A DNA stretch of 64,000 bases, taken from Octopus vulgaris (lineage: Eukaryota). The notes under the pieces are model-generated. The model saw only the letters and a list, made by a program, of their open reading frames with translations. It had not been told where the DNA came from and searched no databases. Below, one piece after another: positions 55,088 through 64,000 of this stretch. A program made the position numbers and the translations under genes. Numbering within the stretch: the first letter of the stretch is position 1; every line of letters starts with the position of its first letter. The DNA lies in NCBI GenBank assembly GCA_951406725.2, contig OX597817.1, forward strand, positions 8,494,001 to 8,558,000, written 5' to 3'.

Positions 55088-55173
55088 CATACATACATAC
55101 ATAGATACATTCATGCATACATACATACATATATACATACATACATACATACATACATACATACATACATACA

Positions 55174-55282
55174 TACGGCCATATCACGTCTAAAGCATCG
55201 TTCGATCACCGAAGTTAAGCAACGTCGAGTTTAGTTAGTACTTAGAAAGGTGACCGCTTGGGAAACTTAGGTGCAGTAAGCA
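55174..55282 (+). pseudogene. 5S rRNA-derived sequence
   Basis: TACGGCCATATCACG...CGATCACCGAAGTTAAGCAACGTCGAG...GTTAGTACTT...GGTGACCGC.TGGGAA...GGTGC.GTA matches invertebrate 5S rRNA, with a short deletion and substitutions. Confidence 0.9.
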
Positions 55283-55354
55283 TCACACTTTGTTAAATGG
55301 CGGGGCCCCAGCATAGCCACAGCTCATGAGCTGAAACTAAATGAAATAAAAAAA
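55174..55354 (+). mobile_element. Candidate 5S-headed SINE
   Basis: 5S head followed by a tail homologous to the SINE A tail and an A-rich end, embedded in (TACA)n. Confidence 0.7.
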
Positions 55355-56057
55355 ATTTAAAAATACATACATACATACATACATACATACATACATACAT
55401 ACATACATACATACATACATACTACACATTCAATCCATCACTGGAACTGTAAACATCTATAAAACTTTCCAGAAGATTATTAAGTATATATGACCATGTC
55501 TAGGTATGCAAATATGCGCATGAGAAGACATACATAAAAACATACAAATCTGCACATATACATACATACAAACAAATAAAAATACCCTGTTGTTGATGTT
55601 GAAATTCCAATGAAGGAGCCTTGGATCTAGGTTTGAAATCGGGTCTTTCTCTATTGGCAAGAAACTGAATAATGACATACAAATAATTGTACGTATGTGC
55701 GTTTGTATGTATTTATCTATGTATGTTTGTATCTATGTATGATATTTATTTGCATCGATGGTGGAAAACTTGGTATTAGAGTGTACGTCAAATTCGCTTA
55801 GCTTCTCTTGGTAGGAATAATCAATAGGTTTCGACCAAGGAAGGCTACTTCGGCCTTTGAGAAAGGAACATTTCTACCGACTCGCTAAGTGGAGAGGTTA
55901 CCTATATTTTTTGAAAAAAAAAAAAGAAATTATAGAAGACGTCGCTGACGTATTGTTTCTGGATTGAGGTATCATCGAAGAGTTGATGATCGAACTGTCT
56001 CAGATGTGGTCAACAAAATCAAGCCCCAAAATCAAGCCAATAAGACTTTAATACCCA

Positions 56058-56285
56058 AGGCTGCGAGCTGGCAGAATCGTTAGCAAACCGGGCAAATTGC
56101 TTAGCGAGATGCCGTCCGTCTTTATTGTTCTGAGCTCAAATCCTACCGAGGTCAACTTTGCTTTTCATCCTTTTTGAGGTCGATGAAATAAGTACCAGCT
56201 GAGCACTGGGATCGATGTAATCGATTTAACCACCCCCACCCCGAAATTGCTGGCCTTGTGCCAACAAAATTTGAAACCAATATTA
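56058..56285 (+). mobile_element. SINE family C variant
   Basis: Head and central domain match. Confidence 0.82.
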
Positions 56286-56530
56286 CTCTAGCACACGTGG
56301 AAACTAACTTTTCCTTCTTGGTTTTAATGTTTCTCTGCCTTCATCCTCACTCTCGGGCTCTAGCCCTTTTTTCTCCCACTTTCTGTCCCTTTCTCTCCCT
56401 ACTCAGTCTCTTTTTACCTCTGTTTCTCTTTATCTCCTCCTATCTCTCTCATTCTCTCTCTGTCTCTCTCTCTCTCTCTATCACGCTCTCCGCCCTTGTT
56501 TCTATAATCGCTTTTCTCTCACTTGTGTGT

Positions 56531-56914
56531 GGAAGCACTCCGTCGGTTACGACGACGAGGGTTCCGGTTGATCCGAATCAACGGAACAGCCTACTCGTGA
56601 AATTAACGTGTAAGTGGCTGAGCACTCCACAGACACGTGTACCCTTAACGTAGTTCTCGGGGATATTCAGCGTGACACAGAGAGTGACAAGGCCGGCCCT
56701 TTGAAATACAGGTACAACAGAAACAGGAAGTAAGAGTGAGAGAAAGTTGCGGTGAAAGAGTACAGCAGGGATCACCACCATCCCCTGCCGGAGCCTCGTG
56801 GAGCTTTTAGGTGTTTTCGCTCAATAAACACTCACAACGCCCGGTCTGGGAATCGAAACCGCGATCCTATGACCGCGAGTCCGCTGCCCTAACCACTGGG
56901 CCATTGCGCCTCCA
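56531..56914 (-). mobile_element. SINE family B
   Basis: Near-identical to 3523-3917. Confidence 0.93.
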
Positions 56915-58599
56915 TATTGTCTCTCACTAACCACTGTCATATACACATATATGTCCTCATGTCTCTGGATCTGGGCAATGATATTGTTAATGGTGATAAA
57001 AAGAAATATTTTGCCGGCGCAAGACATCACTACATTCTTGGCTTGTGATGTTTTTGTTTGCCGTTTCAAGTTTCATGTTTGTTGTTGTCCCGCCTTCAAA
57101 CTCCATTAAACTGAAATCAGTAGGAAAATGAAGTTAAAAGCCAGTTAAGGGTTCTGCGGTTCATACACGCTCTTCCATATGTATGTGTATCAGTGATGCT
57201 CGCGATTTTGTCTATGTCTCATTGGATGTGCGTTTGAGCGTGAGTATTTGTTAGTCTGTGTGAGTGTGCATGTGTGTGTATGTGAGTATGTGTGTGTGTG
57301 TGTGTGTGTATGTGAGTGTGTGTGTGCGCACGTGTGTGTGAATAGGGTTGGTAATGAATAGTCTTATCAACGCAGGAACATATTTTAAGAAAACAACAAA
57401 CAGCACTAGAAAAGAAAAACTACAGAACTACTAAGAAATAAAAGATTAAGTCGGAAATTAATGAGTGTTGCTGCTTTTGCTGCTGCTGCTGCTGGTTGTA
57501 GTGGTAGTGGTGAAGTATTGTGATCATGGTAATTGTTACTATTGTTGTTGCTGTGGCTCTTCTTTCTGTTGTTGTTGTTAAGCAACAAGGCGATTAAGGG
57601 TGATCAGGTGATGGTCTAAGGCTTAGGGGCGGGAGATCCCAGACCTTAGAAAAAAAAACTTTAGTCGTCTTGTTGTAATCGAGGGCTCTTCGTTGACGCC
57701 CGACACCACTGGGAGGTGGCCCTCGAAGTCGCTGGAAATGGAGATCTCCAGGTTAAAATTCTTGTATGGCTGGTGTTGCTGTTGTTATTATTGCTTAGCC
57801 TTATGTCAACTATTAACAAGCAGACCTGTGACCAATTTTCTAAATTACATAAGTGAAACAGTAGTATATTATAACAGTGCTGTCTTGAAACCGTGATCGA
57901 CCTGACTTCCATTGTTTTACCAGAAAGTGTATCTAGGATCACATTATCAAATGTTTCTTTTCAAAGATGGCGTGATTTGGTCAGATTTAGGTATAATGTT
58001 AACAAGTTTCAAAAAAATTGTATAATGATAAACATCTGAGAAAACTTCCTTGCATAGCCCCTATACAATTATTATGCAATCTAGGACAACCCACCTTGAT
58101 TAAAATCTTTTCAGTAAAACGTTTTGGAGAAAATAATTCTCTTTAGCAAAATAATGATTTTTTCTTAAATTTTACTTATACTTATGATTGCGTAAATAAT
58201 TTCTTTCTGCAATATAGGAAGCTATAAATTTGTTATACAAGTGTTAATGTATACTATATACTTCTACTACACTTCAATATTCTCCTTTCTGATAACATGT
58301 TTCTTAATGCGGTACATACTGTTTTTCTTATTGCGTAATATTCTCCTACTGCTCATTACGTTTAGGTAACGTAAACAAAATTATGTTACCTATTTAATTA
58401 CTTCTACTGAATATTCTAGGTAATTAAAAGACTTCGTTTCATGAACTCTCTCAGTGCTAATTACTAAAATTATATTAATAAATAAATTATCTGTTTAGAG
58501 ATTTTTCTTTTCGAAAATGAGTTTTTTTTACATATTTGCTTTCTATTTACTATGTGTTGTGTATTTTTTTTATTGTTATTATCTGAATTTCATTTTAAA

Positions 58600-58958
58600 C
58601 AAGGAGTGTTTTTCTTAGAAGCATTTCTTCTAAGTGGTTTTTTTCCTCGGAAGATTTTATCTTTAGGAGTTTAGTCCTACGGCGTTTTTTGCCTAGAGGA
58701 GGGTTGTTTGTCCGAGTGGTTAAAGAAGATTTTCTTTTTGTTCTAGAAGCAATTTGCCATGGGCAGAATATGGCTTTGTCCAAGGGTATTTTGTCCTGGC
58801 GGGATGTCCTAGGGAGGTTTTGTCTAAAAGGGTTTTGTACAAAGAGGTTTTGCCACAAAAGTTTGTTCTGGGGTGCTTTGACCGAGAGATGGATGTTTGT
58901 CTTGGAAGGCGTTCTTTTTGAGGTGCTTTGCCATCAGGTATTTCTCCTAGTGTCCTAG
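58600..58958 (+). repeat. Degenerate ~15-bp tandem repeat (GG..TTTTGTCC-like units)
   Basis: Recurrent TTTGTCC/TTTTGTCT/TTTTGCC preceded by G runs. Confidence 0.6.
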
Positions 58959-59653
58959 CAGAGATATGGATTCTAACGTTTCTAGCATAACACTTTGAAG
59001 AAATAATGCAAGACTTCTTGTTGCGTAGTATCAGTACAAACCTGATAGAGCAGACTTATCGAAGGCATCCCAGGGGTGACCATCCGACGAGTTCGTCCTT
59101 CTTGAGAACGATGGGGTGTGATGTGAGATCGAGATAGATAGATAGATAATTATATTGACACACACACATACATACGCACACATATGCACATTCATATGTG
59201 TATATGTTTGTGTGTGTGTGTGTGTGTGTGAATACGCAAATATATGTATATTCTTCTCTTTCCCTTTTTAATTAAGAGATCGAGCAACCCCTAGAAATTC
59301 GACTGTTACTTTAAAATCTAACTACATGAAAAATTGGTTGTTATTTCTAACAGAATGAGGTCCCAAAGGCCTTATCATTGACTCCAGAAATAAATAAGTT
59401 GTTTATTTGGCTGCTTTTTCGAGCTGGACCACGGCTAGGTAGTTCTTTTTTGTTTTTGCTTGGTAGAGGATTTATTTGAACGACTCTCTACAAAATTAAG
59501 ATTTTATCAAATATATTTAATTAAAGTTAATCAGGAACAGCCCTGGGGATATTGTGTACCAGAAGCAAGTTGAATTTCAGGGTTCTTACAAATATAATCT
59601 TAAGCCTTTTTCGCAAGGAGTAAAACAGTACTTACTACATTTTATGAAATATA

Positions 59654-59818
59654 GACGCAGGCGTGGCTGTGTGGTTAGAAGATTGCTTTCCATCTACATG
59701 GTTCCGGGTTCAGTCCCACTGCGTGGCACCTTGGACTAGTGTCTTCTCCTATAGCCTCGGGCCGACTAGAGCCTTGTGAGTGACTGTGGTATACGGAAAC
59801 TGAAAGAATCCCGTTGTA

Positions 59819-59859
<41 letters not shown>

Positions 59860-60065
59860 TAATTATATTTTTGCCTCCACGCCATCGCTTGACAACCGGT
59901 GCTGGTGTGTTTATGTCCTCGTAACTTAGCAGTTCGACAAAAGAGCCCGATAGAATAAGTATTAGACTTACAAAGAATGAGTCCAGAGGTCGATTTCTTC
60001 GACTAAAACTCTTTAAGGCGGTGCTCCAGCATGGCTGCAGTCAAATGATTTAAACAAATAAAATA
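59654..60065 (+). mobile_element. SINE family A
   Basis: Full-length diverged match. Confidence 0.88.
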
Positions 60066-60767
60066 TTAGTAATATTACTTCTGGAATCAACAATGAGACC
60101 TTTGAGATCTCATTGTGTTAGAAATAACAACCAATCATTATTTTCATATTCCCATTTGTATTCCCCAGCTACAGGACATCATGCTCCTGAGTACGAGGTA
60201 TTCTAGGAAACAGCCCTAGTAGCCCGTATCTTAAATCAACCCTGAAGTTAGCAGAACTATTCAAATTTATTATTATTCGAATTCGCAAACTTTAATTCTC
60301 AATTTGACCTCGAATTTTTTTTACAATAAAACTTATTTTTGAAGAGTAAAGCCAATGAAAAGTTTTTCCTTCTTCAGGATATAACTTCCGAATTAACCAC
60401 TACCGTCAAAAACTGGATTGTTCATTGGATAAAAAGAAATCAATGTATGTCCAGTTTCACAAGAAGTATTCTATAATGTATGCACCAATAGCTTTTCAAG
60501 TGTCTTGACTAGAAAGCGGAACTAGAATCAGCGACATTACGGTAACATGTGTTGTCATAATACGGCATCTAACTCACTCTCACGCCTTTCTCTTTGTATC
60601 TCTCTCGCTCTCTCTCTCTCTCTGTATCTCATTCACACACGCACACACACATATTTGTTTATTTTGCATATATTTTATGTTTGTGTATTAAATATAAACT
60701 CTTTATGCTTTCATTTTCCCTTGTATAACCGGCTCACACCGACCTCTTCTTAGTATATTTATACCTG

Positions 60768-61000
<233 letters not shown>

Positions 61001-61390
61001 AACTTTTTATGTGTATAGTTATGATATTAGCAAGTGTATTAATTGTAGAAGCCCGTCGATTGGATTTTGCATGTAATTCAAAAGGTACACTCATGTCACA
61101 CTCTGTGTCACGCTGATTGACTCTAAGAATTCCATTGAGGGTACACGTGTTCGTGTCAGTGGACCGCGCTATTGTATCCTCATTGTCAAACGACGTAAGC
61201 CCAGTACTTTAGTATTGAGGACTCTCCAGCTATTCTGATATATTGGTGCCGTGTGCATTTATTACAATACATAAATTTATGAAATAAACACCCGTGCATA
61301 TGTTTACATGTACCACACACGCATACATATATATATGGATATATGTACACATAATACCTACATACATACGTATGTGAGTGTGTGTGTGAA

Positions 61391-61575
61391 GGCACGTGGC
61401 TTAGTGGTTAGGGTATTCGGTTCACGATCGTAAGGTCATGAGTTCAATTCCAGGCGAAGCGTTGTGTCCTTGAGCAAGACACTTTATTTCACGTTGCTCC
61501 AGTTTACTGAGCTGGCTTAAAATGAGTTGAACCTGTACTCCAAAGGGCCAGCCTTGTCACACTCTGTGTCACGCT

Positions 61576-61577
<2 letters not shown>
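61391..61577 (+). mobile_element. SINE with a group D head/core and a family B body segment, 3'-truncated
   Basis: GGCACGTGGCTTAGTGGTTAGGG...TCCTTGAGCAAGACACTT, then AAAGGGCCAGCCTTGTCACACTCTGTGTCACGCT. Confidence 0.78.
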
Positions 61578-61634
<57 letters not shown>

Positions 61635-61637
<3 letters not shown>

Positions 61638-62700
61638 TAGATGAAAACAGTGAGTGCTCCATTTCTCGTCCGGCTACAATCATCAGCTGAGTGCCGTGCT
61701 TTGACAAGATTTCGGCCCATTAAACTCAGTATCACTCCACACGGTGGGCCCAAACCCTAACACCAACACTCATGACAGTTCTGTGGTCTTATACGCATTC
61801 ACAAACCTCCTGGTAATCCAAGAACTACCCTCAACTGCTTTCTCCCCACATTCCTTCATTGTACCTCACAGCATATACACCAGCCACATTCAGAAACCTC
61901 CTGAGAGAAGCTGTTGGGAAACTCCTACAGCCAACCTCGAACTCAGCCAGCTCACAGATTTAACTCTTCTCTCGAATCTCAGCTACCATCTCTTCATAGC
62001 CTAACAGCTTCCGCTCATGGGCCTCAGCAATGCTCTCCTCCCATGACACAGTAAGCTTCTCAAGGACCACACGTCTCTGACCCCCATCTAACAACACCAG
62101 GTCGGGCTGGAGTGCTGAAACAACGATGCTTTCAGGTAATGGCTTGTCCACGAACACCTCCCATTTTCTGACTTCGGGCTACTGAGGTCTCTGTCTTTTT
62201 GGCATCACACCATGCTTCACAAATGCTGTCTTGCGCAAGCTCAGCTCAGGCACTTGACCCTCTCTTGCAGCTGAAGCAACAACGTTTAGCACTAAATTAT
62301 GGTTAAATGTATACCATCCAGACTGGAGTGCTTTTGGGCAAGCTAACGGCCTGTGTTTGAGATTGCCATTCTTCCCACACATGTGGCACTGTGGACTCTC
62401 TTGGATACCCCATTTTTTTGAGATTTGCTGGAGACGGATGCACAGCATACGCAGTCTGGATTTGAGCTTTCAAATGCCTTGCACTCAAACCGCCATCAAT
62501 CAGACCACTTCAACTCCAGCTTTTCGACATCATCCCAATTCAGCCACCGACCCTGCTGTGCTTGTTGTGCTGCGTGACCCAGACGCCTCTCATCTTCCAG
62601 CTGCCTTACTTGTAGCTTCCGCTGTTCTTGTTCACTTGACTCAGGCCAGAACTGCAGACCAGTTGACTCAGACCAGGCCATAGCGGTCCTGGGAGCAACC
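61635..62700 (-). mobile_element. HERO/NeSL-like RLE non-LTR retrotransposon 3' fragment
   Basis: QQAQQGRWLNWD, PSPANLKKWG..PQCHMCGKNGNLKH..ACPKALQSGWYTFNHNLVL, LQPDLVL..KLTVSWEESIAEAHERK, FEVGCRSF; frameshifted; bounded by (TA)n and (TATG)n. Confidence 0.88.
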
Positions 62701-62705
62701 GAAAA

Positions 62706-62709
62706 TGTA

Positions 62710-62745
<36 letters not shown>

Positions 62746-62825
62746 TGTATGTATGTATGTATGTATGTATGTATGTATGTATGTATGTATGTATGTATGT
62801 ATGCGTGTGTGTGTGTGTGTGTGGT

Positions 62826-62900
<75 letters not shown>
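62706..62900. repeat. (TATG)n/(TG)n/(GATA)n microsatellite
   Basis: Direct reading. Confidence 0.97.
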
Positions 62901-64000
62901 ATAGTGATATATGTATGTATATATACCGTATTTGCTAGTGTATAAGACTCAGACTTTTATTCTTAAATGCATCAGAACACTACATAGCTTCTAATACGAT
63001 CGCATTATAGCTGGAAGATCGAGTATTGTAGACACGGGAACCGGAAAAGCTAGGTACAATAATTCTTAGTAATAACAAAATATTGAAAACACGCCAAAAT
63101 ATTACAAGATCGGCAATTATGTGGCGATGTTACATCATCATGATACGTTTTTTCCCCACATACATAAGCCACATTTGTTATCTGTCTTACATTATTTAAT
63201 GAATTTGTTGCATTTACGAAACATTGTTTTTAATTAGGTAAATGAAAAATGCTCTGCGAGGATGAAAAGAATGTTAGCATGCTGTCATCCACCCGTCAGC
63301 TATTTGCAATGAGTGGATAACAAGGAAGCCATTGCAACAGTGCGCCAAACTGCTGGGTGATTGCGGATATAGAGAACATCATAGCCAAAACCACAAGTTT
63401 CACATCCTGTATAGCACTTCTCTTGACCAAAATATGAACAATTATTCAGTTGATCTAAATGTTGAGATACGAAATTCTCACAACGTAGTATATTATGATA
63501 AATTTATGGTTTCGCAATTTCTTCCAGTATACAGTTACAGCGTTGTATTTACATATTTTCCTGCGCAGAATCCTTCCTTTCCCAACCCCATCCCACAAAA
63601 CCCACTTTAAAATGCTTTCTAATAGGTGTATGATGAAATGTGCTGATTTCTCTTTTTTGTTCACAAAATATCATAGTAAGTTAGTGCTGTATATATATAT
63701 GAAATGTTCAGAAAAGAAAAGAATTACAACTATTAGTGGTTTGGAGTGTGGCTGCTCTTTCTAGTGAGTCGGATGTCCTATTATGGCCGTCCCTTATATG
63801 TTTGAATGTATATTATATAGTCTATTGAGTATTTTTTCTTTCTCACTTAACCGTTGGTAGCGGAGAATTTTTCTAGAATTTTTTGCTACCCTAAAATGTA
63901 TTAAATATATATATACATGGGCTCCGTGCGGGCAGTCATCTAAAAGCTTTTGTGCATCTTGATGCTGACATAAGTTCCTTACTTTTCCTGATGAGAAGGC

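Noticed and set aside
55174-55282. Functional 5S rRNA gene
   Set aside because: Internal deletion, degenerate box C, no array, and a SINE-like tail
61670-61725. GAAA...CTGATGA on the minus strand of the HERO-like 3' UTR as a permuted hammerhead
   Set aside because: Could not form stems II and III by eye
63985-64000. CTGATGAG at the window end (also at ~527 and, on the minus strand, ~4620)
   Set aside because: Truncated by the window edge or lacking the GAAA box and stems

Overview
AT-rich, repeat-saturated eukaryotic DNA with no intact protein-coding gene. The SINE families and very high microsatellite load point to a coleoid cephalopod, most likely Octopus (inference from repeat families recognised from memory, no database search). 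Most ORFs in the supplied track are microsatellite or SINE translations. Supported content: more than 35 copies of four tRNA-derived SINE groups, many with target-site duplications (TSDs); decayed non-LTR retrotransposons (two R4/Dong-like, one HERO-like, CR1-like, RTE, Penelope-like); mariner elements; a head-to-tail non-autonomous Helitron dimer; and a ~5.2-kb tandem duplication (21561-32031). Most interesting observations: (1) two diverged asymmetric fold-back elements (39628-39882, 43330-43568) with a long hairpin, a conserved 58-59 nt tail and 12-bp TSDs; (2) two homologous ~200-bp microsatellite-embedded elements carrying minimal hammerhead-ribozyme cores; (3) a 5S-rRNA-headed SINE that shares its tail with the dominant tRNA SINE; (4) an R4-like endonuclease fragment that replaced a SINE TSD in only one duplicate copy. 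Coordinates were read by eye, and repeat edges are approximate unless a TSD or TIR is quoted.
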